64,000 bases of DNA from Bacteroidales bacterium (GTDB lineage: Bacteria > Bacteroidota > Bacteroidia > Bacteroidales > UBA10428), in NCBI GenBank assembly GCA_016933335.1, contig JAFGBD010000037.1, positions 9,695 to 73,694 on the forward strand, written 5' to 3'. This document shows, piece by piece, positions 1-9,405 of the stretch; the first letter of the stretch is position 1, and the number at the start of each line of letters is the position of its first letter. Made by a program: the position numbers and the translations under genes. The notes beneath the pieces are model-generated. The model worked only from the letters and a program-made list of their open reading frames with translations. It did no database searches and was not told the DNA's origin.

Positions 1-2
1 TG

Positions 3-980
3 CGTGAATGGATTGCCGGAAGATATTATAAAAGATTTGGCATAAAGGTTGCCCCGGACAATATTCTGATTACAAATGGTTCTCAGCAGGCTCTGGATCT
101 TGCAGGGAAGCTTTTTCTTGATCCGGGAGATTGCATCCTGATGGAAAAACCTTCCTATATCGGAGCAATTCAGGCTTTTTCGGCTTATGATATTAAGATG
201 GAACAAATATCACTTGAACATGACGGAATATCCATTACAGAGTTGAAAGAAAAATGCAGGCGCTGCAATCCCAAGTTTCTTTATGGAATACCGAATTATC
301 AGAATCCAAGCGGAATTAGTTATTCCGAGGGAAAAAGGCTATTACTGGCTGAGTGGCTTAGAACAAAGAAATTACCGTTTATTGAAGATGATCCATACAG
401 TGAAATATACTTTACAAAAACAAACGGTATTCCGGTTTCATTTCTGTTGCCGGAACAGTGTATTTTAACAGGCTCCTTTTCAAAAATGATTTCACCCGGA
501 ATTCGCACCGGCTGGATGCTCGTGCCTGATAAGCTGAAATCATATCTGTTAAAGGCCAAGCAGGCTGCCGACCTGCATACCAATAATATCGTCCAGCAAC
601 TGATATACAGATTTCTTGTTGATAACGATGTTGACATGCATCTAGACAGAATCCGGATTCATTATCATCAACAGAAGGAAACCATGCTGATGCTGGCAAG
701 ACATTTCCTGCCTCAACGCACAAGATTCACCAATCCGGACGGAGGGATGTTCATCTGGGCCACATTGCCGGATGAATTTGATACCACTGAACTGGTGAAA
801 TATGCAATATCGGAAAAAGTCATTTTTGTTCCGGGTAAGACCTTTTATGTCAATGGAGAAGGCAATCACAGCATGCGCCTCAATTTTACGAGTTCATCCC
901 CTGATGAAATGGAAGATGGAATGAAGCGGCTCAGGCAGGCAATTAATTTATATATGGAACATATGAAGGTAAAGGTCTGA
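3..980 (+). CDS. PLP-dependent aminotransferase (class I/II fold), 5' end cut by window edge
   Basis: The frame of ORF 141..980 stays open back to nt 3 (REWIAGRYYKRFGIKVAPDNILITNGSQQALDLAGKLF...). It has an SFSK PLP-lysine motif and the overall pattern of 2-aminoadipate/aromatic aminotransferases. Confidence 0.85.
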   Translation, partial: REWIAGRYYKRFGIKVAPDNILITNGSQQALDLAGKLFLDPGDCILMEKPSYIGAIQAFSAYDIKMEQISLEHDGISITELKEKCRRCNPKFLYGIPNYQNPSGISYSEGKRLLLAEWLRTKKLPFIEDDPYSEIYFTKTNGIPVSFLLPEQCILTGSFSKMISPGIRTGWMLVPDKLKSYLLKAKQAADLHTNNIVQQLIYRFLVDNDVDMHLDRIRIHYHQQKETMLMLARHFLPQRTRFTNPDGGMFIWATLPDEFDTTELVKYAISEKVIFVPGKTFYVNGEGNHSMRLNFTSSSPDEMEDGMKRLRQAINLYMEHMKVKV

Positions 981-1105
981 ACAGTCATATTTTTGATTTT
1001 CCGTAAAGTAAGAACCGATAAGATGTAATGACTCATCAGTCCTTCAGTTATTTGTCACAGGTATATGGTAATATGACCAGACAAATGATTTTTCTTTCCG
1101 GGGCA

Positions 1106-2176
1106 TCATTCGTGATATTTTTCTGAGAATGTGCTGAAAATCTCCTCGATTTCATTCCTTGAAAGAAATCCGTCTGAACTTATAACCAGCCGGTGCCTGA
1201 AAATGCATGAATCACCTTTCGGCAGATTCAGCTCAATAGGTTCGAATGCATTGTTGTATGCATTTCTTCCCAGATTATTTACAGAGAACAGACCGTAGTC
1301 CCTGGCATGCCAACATGACGGGAAACCAAAATTTTTAGGATGATCAAGTATAACGATTGAAACAGAATCATCTCCGCTAAAGGCTGACAATGAAATCCAT
1401 TTGTTCTGCGTACCCCAGACCTCCTTACCTTCAAGGCCATTACTGCCAATATAATAACCATTAACCCCTTCCTGGTTAATTACAGGAACAGACGAAATCT
1501 TCAAATTTTCACCGGTCAGGATTGCCGGCTTGTCTGAATGTAATTCAAATGATCTTGAGACCCTCAGTGCAAACAATCCTTCTTTATTATCACCAAAAAG
1601 AACATTTTCATATTCAGCAATCAGGGTTGTTATTCTGTCCATGATATATCTGTTTTTTTCCTTACTAAAAATAAATCTGGTGTTTTCAGTAAGTATACGG
1701 TTGCCATTGTTTGAAATCCAATCCATTTTGGCCTCGATGATACCCTGATTTCCATCCTTTGAAATATTCATTTGAGTTTGCACAATCCTGCCATATTTAT
1801 GCAGTCTCTCTTTGGGTATGGCATATGAATTGTTCCAGAAATCGAGTCCGTTCACATCTCCGAAATTAAACCAGCAACCGGTCTGATGCGGGTGATCTGT
1901 CCGTTCAAAAGCCCGGGGCTTAATGGGATATCCTCTTGTAATAATAACACCTTCAGGTGAACAGACAGGAAAGAAAAATGGCTTTTTAAGCGTATCGTTG
2001 TAATGATAAATTGTGAAGAGCTTGTCATTGATATAAATACTGACTTTTTTGCCAGGCTGATGATGTTCAAACCGGACCTCACTTGCATCGGAAGATTCCT
2101 GCCCGAATAAATCCACTGCAAAAATCAGGATGGCTGCAATAAATAATATGAAGACACTTGTTTTTTTGTTTTTCAT
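1106..2176 (-). CDS. PmoA-family (DUF6807) exported protein, function unknown
   Basis: 356-aa ORF with an N-terminal signal peptide (MKNKKTSVFILFIAAILIFAVDLFGQ). Contains the block KPFFFPVCSPEGVIITRGYP...RTDHPHQTGCWFNFGDVNGLDFW typical of the DUF6807/PmoA-like family. Lies 9 nt downstream of the Gfo/Idh/MocA gene. Confidence 0.75.
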   Translation of the reverse strand: MKNKKTSVFILFIAAILIFAVDLFGQESSDASEVRFEHHQPGKKVSIYINDKLFTIYHYNDTLKKPFFFPVCSPEGVIITRGYPIKPRAFERTDHPHQTGCWFNFGDVNGLDFWNNSYAIPKERLHKYGRIVQTQMNISKDGNQGIIEAKMDWISNNGNRILTENTRFIFSKEKNRYIMDRITTLIAEYENVLFGDNKEGLFALRVSRSFELHSDKPAILTGENLKISSVPVINQEGVNGYYIGSNGLEGKEVWGTQNKWISLSAFSGDDSVSIVILDHPKNFGFPSCWHARDYGLFSVNNLGRNAYNNAFEPIELNLPKGDSCIFRHRLVISSDGFLSRNEIEEIFSTFSEKYHE

Positions 2177-2185
2177 GTTCGGATA

Positions 2186-3535
2186 TTAATATTTAAATAC
2201 TTTACCTGCCGCCATAACCTCCTGCAATTCTTCATTATAAGTAACCTTTTCCCCTGTGCGCAAAGCCGCATTGGTCAATATAACAGCAACAGAGTGGTTG
2301 AAACCTGCCATCTCATCTGCATTGGGTATCTTCCTTGATCGCATGCAATCCATCCAGTTGCGCATATGAGCAACAGTCATATCATCCGCACCTGTATTTG
2401 CCGCAGTTTCAACAACAGTCTCCGGCAGTTCAAGTTCTTTCAGTAAATTAGCCTTCATGCCCATGGTCTTTGCATGATTTTCAGTCAGTCCGCCTTCCGA
2501 AGTTACCTTGTTGGTATCCAGATTCAGTGTGCCGCCATTAGAAAAATACAGCTCTTTGATGCCGCCTGATGAATTGTGCATGCGCGAACTATATACCACC
2601 TGGAATCCGCTTCCCGGATCTTCTGACGGGCCGTAATCAAATACAGCTGTCATGGTATCATCATTACTCCTGCCGTCTTTCCAGACATATATACCTCCAT
2701 TTGCAACAACACTTCTCGGATGGTTTAATCCGGTAAACCAGTGAATGGTATCTATCTGATGGCACATCCATTGCCCGGGAATACCCGATGAGTATGGCCA
2801 GAAGAGTCTGTATTCAATATATTTCCTTGGATCCCAGGGTTCATAGGGTCTGTTTAATAAATACCTTTTCCAGTCGGTATCAGTCTCTTTGATATTGTTA
2901 ACCAGGTCTGGTCTTCTCCATCGTCCGGGCTGGTTAACATTCCAGCACATTTCAACCATGGTGATGGGACCGAAATCTCCTGATTTGATATAAGCGGCAG
3001 CCTTTATATAGTTTGCGCCGCTTCTTCTCTGGGAACCTATCTGGACTATTTTCTCAGATGCCCGGATAGTCTTTAAAGCCGACCTGTTATCATCCATGGT
3101 TTCTGCGAAAGGTTTTTCCACATACACATCGCATCCTGCCTTTACAGCCTCGATGGTATGAAGTGCATGCTGAAAATCTGCTGTTGAGATAATCACGCCA
3201 TCCGTAATGTTCCAGTCGTACAGTTCTTCATTATTACGGGCAAGTTTAACCGGGATTCCTTTCCTTCTGAAATATTCATCCGCTTCTGCCCTTCTCCGGT
3301 TCCAGATATCTGAAACGGCTACGATTTCCATATTTACAAGAGGTGCCTGGCTTAGGAATGCCGGAATCAGGGTTTGTCTGGCTCTGTCGGAGAAACCAAT
3401 AATACCCGCCCTAATCCGGTCGTTTGATCCTATTATCCTTTTATAACTTTTGGCACTGAATGTTACTGATGGTACAACAATTCCGGCAGTACCGATAGCT
3501 AAATTTTTTATAAATCTGCGTCTGGAGTTTTTCAT
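2186..3535 (-). CDS. Gfo/Idh/MocA family oxidoreductase with twin-arginine (TAT) signal
   Basis: 449 aa. N-terminus SRRRFIKNLAIGTAGIVVPSVTFSA is a TAT signal. Has a Rossmann start (RAGIIGFSDRA) and the family EKP motif (VYVEKPFA). Confidence 0.9.
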   Translation of the reverse strand: MKNSRRRFIKNLAIGTAGIVVPSVTFSAKSYKRIIGSNDRIRAGIIGFSDRARQTLIPAFLSQAPLVNMEIVAVSDIWNRRRAEADEYFRRKGIPVKLARNNEELYDWNITDGVIISTADFQHALHTIEAVKAGCDVYVEKPFAETMDDNRSALKTIRASEKIVQIGSQRRSGANYIKAAAYIKSGDFGPITMVEMCWNVNQPGRWRRPDLVNNIKETDTDWKRYLLNRPYEPWDPRKYIEYRLFWPYSSGIPGQWMCHQIDTIHWFTGLNHPRSVVANGGIYVWKDGRSNDDTMTAVFDYGPSEDPGSGFQVVYSSRMHNSSGGIKELYFSNGGTLNLDTNKVTSEGGLTENHAKTMGMKANLLKELELPETVVETAANTGADDMTVAHMRNWMDCMRSRKIPNADEMAGFNHSVAVILTNAALRTGEKVTYNEELQEVMAAGKVFKY

Positions 3536-3661
3536 TTGAGTTGTTTTTTAAATGTCATGTAGACCTAGTTGTTTCCTTTGATTTACCTCACTTCAGTAAT
3601 ATTTCCCTGCCAAGTCCTGTGCTTTTTCCCGGCATCCGCCAGGCATATTTCAAGGAAGATT

Positions 3662-5053
3662 TTATTCATTTTCTGAAATCTTGATTTTAATGTTTTTAAA
3701 GGAGACTTCATCTCCATGATCCTGAAGAAGGATATGCCCTTCTTCTGCTTCTCCGAAACGACTATGGCTATTGTATTCGGGAGCAGCATATTTGCTCTTT
3801 TTAACCAGATTACGAAATTCCTGACTCCCCCTGTCATATTCAAGTATTTTTACTTCGTTCAGCCAATGCTCGACATGGTTGTCCTGTGACTTGATCAAAG
3901 CATGATTCCACTGGCCTGGAGGATATACCAGTTTGTTTCTGGCTGGTATCAGATCGTAAAGTGAACCGACTGTCCGGTTGCCATCTCTGCCCAGCCTGGC
4001 ATCAGGATGATTGACATCATCGAGGATCTGAAATTCAAGTCCGAATGCCGATCCTTTGTTACCTTCTTCCTGCAGGGTTACATAATATTTAATACCGCTA
4101 TTGGCTCCCTTTGTGATTCTGAAATCAACCTGCAGCTCAAAATCATCGTACTTATCAAGTGTTACGATGTCACCGCCGTATTTTGATTCGTTTCCGCCTG
4201 AGGCAGAAACCGTCATCATATCATTTTCGACTTTCCAGCCCTTTTCAGGAAATGCATCTTTAAAAGCACCTTTCCATCCGGCTGTCGACTGTCCATCGAA
4301 TAATAGCTGCCAGCCCTCCTTCACTTCTTTTTTTGTAAGCTTATTGGATGTATTGATTTCCTTAATGGTTGTTGCCGTGCTATATTTCCCGGGATCATCA
4401 GTTATTATCCGTATATTCTTCCATCTGACCTCCAGTTTGTCACATAAACTGTCGTCCGGAACAGAATGCACCTGTAAACCGATGAATCCTGCCGGAGTTA
4501 AATCATCAACCAGATTAGCCGTGGGTATACCGTTTACCCAAACCCTGATTGACGGACCGATGGCTTCTATTCTGTATTTATTCCATTCACCAAAACGGTA
4601 AGCTTTCTTCCCTTCGGGATGATAATCCAAATCGTACAGCCACTCTCTTCGTGCTTCATCATATATTCCTCCCGACAAGGATCTTTCCGGACGGTTATCA
4701 ATTTCGACCTGGTAGCCGAATACCCTTCCGCTTTTGTATTGGGGATAACTGTTGCTTCTGATTTGTACGCCAGAGTTAAGAATAATGTCTTTCTTTACTT
4801 CGAATTCCAGGATAAAATCACCATATATATTTTCAGTACATAAAAAACTGTTTGGACTACCCGGGACAGTTCGTCCCACGATAGTTCTGTCTTCCACAGT
4901 ATATTTTGCTATGCCGTTAAGTTGAACCCAGCCACTCAGGTTTTCTCCATTAAATATACTGATCCAGTGAGTTTTTCGGTTCTGTGAAAAGCAGGCTGGG
5001 TGTTTGCATGTTATTGCAGTGATGCATAACATAATATATACAACTCTTCTCAT
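3662..5053 (-). CDS. Exported protein with two tandem DUF1080 (3-keto-disaccharide hydrolase family, PF06439) domains
   Basis: Two copies of the DUF1080 pattern: WISIFNGENLSGW...GFIGLQVHS...VRWKNIRI, and WQLLFDGQSTAGWKG...HILLQDHGDEVSFKNIKIK. I prefer the start at Met21 (cat at 5051..5053, MRRVVYIMLCITAITC signal peptide) over the ORF-track start at 5113. Confidence 0.8.
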   Translation of the reverse strand: MRRVVYIMLCITAITCKHPACFSQNRKTHWISIFNGENLSGWVQLNGIAKYTVEDRTIVGRTVPGSPNSFLCTENIYGDFILEFEVKKDIILNSGVQIRSNSYPQYKSGRVFGYQVEIDNRPERSLSGGIYDEARREWLYDLDYHPEGKKAYRFGEWNKYRIEAIGPSIRVWVNGIPTANLVDDLTPAGFIGLQVHSVPDDSLCDKLEVRWKNIRIITDDPGKYSTATTIKEINTSNKLTKKEVKEGWQLLFDGQSTAGWKGAFKDAFPEKGWKVENDMMTVSASGGNESKYGGDIVTLDKYDDFELQVDFRITKGANSGIKYYVTLQEEGNKGSAFGLEFQILDDVNHPDARLGRDGNRTVGSLYDLIPARNKLVYPPGQWNHALIKSQDNHVEHWLNEVKILEYDRGSQEFRNLVKKSKYAAPEYNSHSRFGEAEEGHILLQDHGDEVSFKNIKIKISENE

Positions 5054-5324
5054 AATTGATTTATTTGAATGATCTGGGTAAAGATAATTGCAAATTCTGA
5101 ACCATAAGTCCAAAATTGCAGGAGAAATTCATTGTATCTATCTTGGATTGCAGAATAAGAATATCAAAAAAGGAAATTGCTTCATGGTAATTCAGACAGA
5201 TATCCTAAACCTGCTCCATGCGTGTTATCATGAGTAGAAAAAAACAATGATTAATTCCTTATTGAATAATATCAAATAATTGTTTTACTTTGTTGCAAGT
5301 AATTGTCATCAATTTATTACCATC

Positions 5325-6014
5325 ATGCTTAAAACGGTCGATCTGACAAAAATATTCCGTACCGACGAAGTTGAAACAACTGCTCTTAACAGGGTCAATC
5401 TCGAGATCCGGGAAAAGGAATTTGTTGCCATTATGGGCCCGTCAGGTTGCGGAAAATCAACATTGCTGAATATCCTGGGACTGCTGGATAATCCCACCAC
5501 GGGCAAATATTATTTCAATGGGACAGAGGTCTCTAAATACAGGGAAGGTCAGCGAACAAAGCTGAGGAAGGGTAATATCGGCTTTATCTTTCAAAGTTTT
5601 AACCTGATTGACGAACTGAATGTTTATGAAAATGTTGAACTTCCGTTGCTTTATTTACGGACAGGTGCCTCTGAAAGAAAGCGTCTCGTTAATGAAGTGC
5701 TTGATCGCATGCAGATCAGTCACAGGAGAAAGCACTTTCCGCAACAGCTGTCCGGAGGTCAGCAGCAGCGGGTTGCCGTGGCCCGTGCTGTTGTTACCAA
5801 TCCGAAGCTGATTCTGGCAGACGAACCCACAGGAAACCTTGATTCCAAAAACGGGGAAGAGGTGATGACCCTTCTTGAAGAGCTCAATAACCAGGGGACA
5901 ACACTTGTCATGGTCACCCACTCACCGGCACATGCCGACAGAGCCCACCGTATTGTTCATCTCTTCGACGGTCATATTGTTACCGAGAATATCAGGGAAG
6001 AATTCAGGGTCTGA
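5325..6014 (+). CDS. ABC transporter ATP-binding protein (MacB/LolD-type)
   Basis: Walker A GPSGCGKST, signature LSGGQQQRVAVARA, Walker [16 protein letters not shown] at 5325 (MLKTVDLTKIF) is preferred over the TTG at 5280. Confidence 0.9.
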   Translation: MLKTVDLTKIFRTDEVETTALNRVNLEIREKEFVAIMGPSGCGKSTLLNILGLLDNPTTGKYYFNGTEVSKYREGQRTKLRKGNIGFIFQSFNLIDELNVYENVELPLLYLRTGASERKRLVNEVLDRMQISHRRKHFPQQLSGGQQQRVAVARAVVTNPKLILADEPTGNLDSKNGEEVMTLLEELNNQGTTLVMVTHSPAHADRAHRIVHLFDGHIVTENIREEFRV

Positions 6015-6102
6015 AAACATCTGGGGATCAGGGATCTGAAAATGACTGTAAACCTTTTCCAGAATGATCTGTTCTTAACAGGTACAGGTTTAAACGTGGG
6101 GC

Positions 6103-6849
6103 TTATTTCACTGAAAAGATACTGAACCTGCACAATCTCATTTTCTGCAGCAGATAAGATACCGAAACTCCCAGCACACCGAGCCCGTATTTAATGCTGC
6201 GGAAAAGGTTGATGGAAGAGGCTTCGGCAAAGTACCTGGTGGGACAGGTAACCTCGGCGATCTCGAATCCCGCCATAAATATCTGTGCAATCATCTGGTT
6301 ATCAAAAATAAAATCATCAGAATTCGCATTATAATTGACTGATTCCAGCACTTTGCGTGAAAAGGCCCTGAATCCGGTATGGTATTCGGACAGTTTTTGG
6401 TTCATCAGCAGGTTCTGGACAAATGTAAGCACCCTGTTTGAAAAATACTTATAAACGGGCATGCCTCCTTTCAATGCTCCTTTCCCCAATATTCTCGAAC
6501 CCAGCACTGCATCATACAAACCGTTAGCTATGATGTAACACATGGAGTGGATGAGTTTTGGAGTGTACTGGTAATCGGGGTGCAACATGACCACAATATC
6601 GGAATTTAATTCCAGCGCCTTGTTATAACATGATTTCTGGTTTCCCCCGTAACCTTTGTTACTTTCGTGTTCGATGATATGCCTGATTCCTATCTCCCTG
6701 GCTTTCCGGATGGTCTGGTCACTGCTCAGGTCATCGACCAGGATAATTTCATCAACAACATCCATGGGAATCTCACTGTATGTCTGTTCAAGGGTTTTTT
6801 CTGCATTGAATGCAGGCAATACAACCGTAATTTTCTTATTGTATATCAT
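6103..6849 (-). CDS. Family 2 glycosyltransferase (ArnC / polyprenyl-phosphate sugar synthase-like)
   Basis: 248 aa. Has the GT2 N-terminal pattern VVLPAFNAEKTLEQT...ILVDDLSSDQT...VMLHPDYQY and a C-terminal hydrophobic segment. Confidence 0.85.
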   Translation of the reverse strand: MIYNKKITVVLPAFNAEKTLEQTYSEIPMDVVDEIILVDDLSSDQTIRKAREIGIRHIIEHESNKGYGGNQKSCYNKALELNSDIVVMLHPDYQYTPKLIHSMCYIIANGLYDAVLGSRILGKGALKGGMPVYKYFSNRVLTFVQNLLMNQKLSEYHTGFRAFSRKVLESVNYNANSDDFIFDNQMIAQIFMAGFEIAEVTCPTRYFAEASSINLFRSIKYGLGVLGVSVSYLLQKMRLCRFSIFSVK

Positions 6850-6861
6850 CCGGCGTTCAAA

Positions 6862-8496
6862 TTATTTTTCTCTTAAAAGGAAAACGTAACCGTTCTTTTC
6901 ATACAGGATTTTCAATCCTGGATAATTCCTCAGGATTCTGTCCCTGCTTGTTATTTTGCAGGTAAAATAAGCATTTTTATCAATACTGCCTGTTAGCAGC
7001 CAGTTCTTTTTATAAGATAAAGGATTTTCAGGCATCTTCTTTTCAGTATAAAAAAGGTGGGCGTAGCTTTTATATCCGAGTGTCTCAACATAGGCATCCT
7101 TGTCTGAGAGATCTTTGAAAAAAGCAATGGCAGCACCCTGTGAGTATGCTTCAATTCTGGTTGTGTACATGATCAGGGTAAGCATTACTGACAGTCCTGA
7201 TGATGCAAAGAGGGTAACCATCGCCTGAAAAGACAACCTTTTCTTATGAAAAACGAGAAACAGGATCAGCCCTGCAATAAGGATCAGTCCCGCAACCGGT
7301 TCATAGCCATGCCAGCGTACATCTGCCAGCACGATATTTCTGGCAAAATCGTCTGTTATAAGAGATGAACCTGCAATCTGGTGCTTAAAGTAACCCAGAA
7401 AAGGAAAAACAATAACTATCGCAGATACAATGGAACCAACAATAATCAGTCCGGCAACAATCCATCCCGGTAAGAAAATTTTTCTGTCAATGTATTTGAA
7501 TATGACCAGGGCACTCAGAAATGTAAGCGGGAAATAACACAGCGATGAATAATGAACAATTTTGGTTTTCACGATGGAAAACAGGATCAGAACGATCCAG
7601 AACAAGATGAGCATCCATTTTTTATAATTCCTCTGAACCGGGGTATCATCCCTGAAAGCCAAAAATCCCATGAAAGCCGGAACAGATGCAGGAAAAACCC
7701 CGATCAGCAATACGATAAAATGATAAAGAAAAAAGCCTCCGTGACCGGCATCCTCTGTCTGGAACAGTCTTATCTGATAAGCAATAAAATCCTTTAACAC
7801 TGAGAAATTACCATCCAGTATCTGAAGGATAAACCAGGATCCCCCGGTAAGGAGAAGCACAATGATAAATATAAATGTGTCCCTGATGGATAAGATCGTT
7901 CTGAAACGGTTCAGTGCCCAGTATATGCCGGCAGTCAGCAAAAACACCAGAAGGGCAACCGGGCCCTTGGTCAGTATGGCCAGACCAATGAAGGCTGCTG
8001 ACATGAGTATACTGATGACAGCTTTTTGCCTGGTGTGTTTGATGAAATGGTGAATTCCAAGAAAGATAAAAAGGTTGAACCAGGGATCAATGATGCCCGA
8101 CTTGAAATACAAAAAAGGAAGGATGCTGCAGGCATAGGTCATTACCCACAAAAGTCCGAATTTATTGTTATACAGCTTTCTCCCGGCATTGAAAAGTACC
8201 GGCAATGTAACTGTACCGCAGATGGCATTGGGGAACCTGGCGGCAAATTCATTGATTCCGAATACTTTCATTGAAAGAACCTGTAACCAGATGAACAGAG
8301 GAGGCTTTTCCCAGAATGGCAGGAAATTGATTCTGACTGTAAGATAATCACCTGTTACAATCATTTCCCTGGCCGATTCGGCAAAGTTGATCTCATCCCA
8401 GTCAAAGAGATGAACACCGCCCAGGAATGGCACAAACAAAACCAGGGATGCAACTGCAATTGCAGTGTTTATGAAGATGCTCCTATTTTTTTGCAT
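6862..8496 (-). CDS. ArnT/PMT-like membrane glycosyltransferase (GT39/GT83)
   Basis: 544 aa with more than 10 predicted TM segments. N-terminal loop motif FDWDEINFAESAREM (the DE motif of the ArnT/PMT family). 12-nt gap to the GT2 gene and 14-nt overlap with the PAP2 gene. Confidence 0.85.
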   Translation of the reverse strand: MQKNRSIFINTAIAVASLVLFVPFLGGVHLFDWDEINFAESAREMIVTGDYLTVRINFLPFWEKPPLFIWLQVLSMKVFGINEFAARFPNAICGTVTLPVLFNAGRKLYNNKFGLLWVMTYACSILPFLYFKSGIIDPWFNLFIFLGIHHFIKHTRQKAVISILMSAAFIGLAILTKGPVALLVFLLTAGIYWALNRFRTILSIRDTFIFIIVLLLTGGSWFILQILDGNFSVLKDFIAYQIRLFQTEDAGHGGFFLYHFIVLLIGVFPASVPAFMGFLAFRDDTPVQRNYKKWMLILFWIVLILFSIVKTKIVHYSSLCYFPLTFLSALVIFKYIDRKIFLPGWIVAGLIIVGSIVSAIVIVFPFLGYFKHQIAGSSLITDDFARNIVLADVRWHGYEPVAGLILIAGLILFLVFHKKRLSFQAMVTLFASSGLSVMLTLIMYTTRIEAYSQGAAIAFFKDLSDKDAYVETLGYKSYAHLFYTEKKMPENPLSYKKNWLLTGSIDKNAYFTCKITSRDRILRNYPGLKILYEKNGYVFLLREK

Positions 8497-9178
8497 GGTA
8501 TCCTGATTTAAGAAGATCCGGAATACTCAGGTCCAGCCATTTTTTACCGGATGAGAACAACGTCCGGTACACAAACAGGGCAAATGTAACTCCGATGATT
8601 GATCCGAAATAGATATCTGCCAGAAAATGCTGGGACAAATATACTCTTGAAAAGGCTGTAAGCGTGGCCATAAAGAAACAGATCAGCTTAACCGCATTGT
8701 TCTTTGTCAGGACGGCCAGACATAAGAAAAGTCCGAATGCCGTTGCGGCATGACCTGAAGGAAAGCTCAGGTAATATCTCATTTTAACGCCTTCAATAAG
8801 ATGAAGATCATATATTCCATTCAGATATTTAACAGGCCTTAGCGCATCAGAGAAAAATATTCTTTTGAGGATCTGGACAAAAAGTCCTCCGCCAATATAA
8901 GTAAGCAAAATAAACAATGACTTTCTTAAGGAGACCAGTAGGAAAAGCACGGTTATGATAACGGCGAACAATCCACCGCCAAGGTGGGTTATGTATTTAA
9001 AAAAACCGTCCGATACAGAACTGTGATGATTATTGATAAAAATGTGAACAGCTGTCTTTGATTCCAGAATCAATGGCAGAAGTAAAATTATCAGGAAGAT
9101 AAACCAGGGAATAAAAAAGTACAGGTTTTGGTTAAATAGTTTTTTCACTGAAATTCTGTCAAAAAATTTTCCCTTCAA
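8483..9178 (-). CDS. PAP2-family lipid phosphatase
   Basis: All three PAP2 motifs are present: KRIFFSDALRP, PSGHAATAF and SRVYLSQHFLADI. Multi-TM protein. Confidence 0.85.
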   Translation of the reverse strand: MKGKFFDRISVKKLFNQNLYFFIPWFIFLIILLLPLILESKTAVHIFINNHHSSVSDGFFKYITHLGGGLFAVIITVLFLLVSLRKSLFILLTYIGGGLFVQILKRIFFSDALRPVKYLNGIYDLHLIEGVKMRYYLSFPSGHAATAFGLFLCLAVLTKNNAVKLICFFMATLTAFSRVYLSQHFLADIYFGSIIGVTFALFVYRTLFSSGKKWLDLSIPDLLKSGYHAKK

Positions 9179-9405
9179 AGAAAAGAAATTTTAAGCATTT
9201 GTTTGCCTGAACGGAAACGTTTTTTGACAGATTGTCGGATTCATTGACCGGCATTACCTTGTCAGATACAGAAAACAAGCCTGTTAAATCAATGCAGCAA
9301 GATGCTGTTTTGCAGGTTATTCCGGACTTCATGGAACCGTGTCTCCTGGTTTCTTTCGGGGCTGGTGTAATAAGACATTCGGGCACATCCGGTTTCAGGG
9401 AGTGG

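Noticed and set aside
4101-4601. 166-aa plus-strand ORF inside the DUF1080 gene.
   Set aside because: It is antisense to a gene with two clear DUF1080 domain patterns. It is Ser/Pro/Phe-rich and low-complexity.
5054-5113. Longer ORF-track starts for several genes (5113, 5280 TTG, 14813, 40317, 57827, 61319).
   Set aside because: Internal ATGs give N-termini that match family norms: a signal peptide, an ABC MLK.. start, the MNT start, IAPSLL of Rpe, the MRIIIAGAG Rossmann of TrkA, and the YrdC start. In two cases a -7 promoter box lies inside the longer version.
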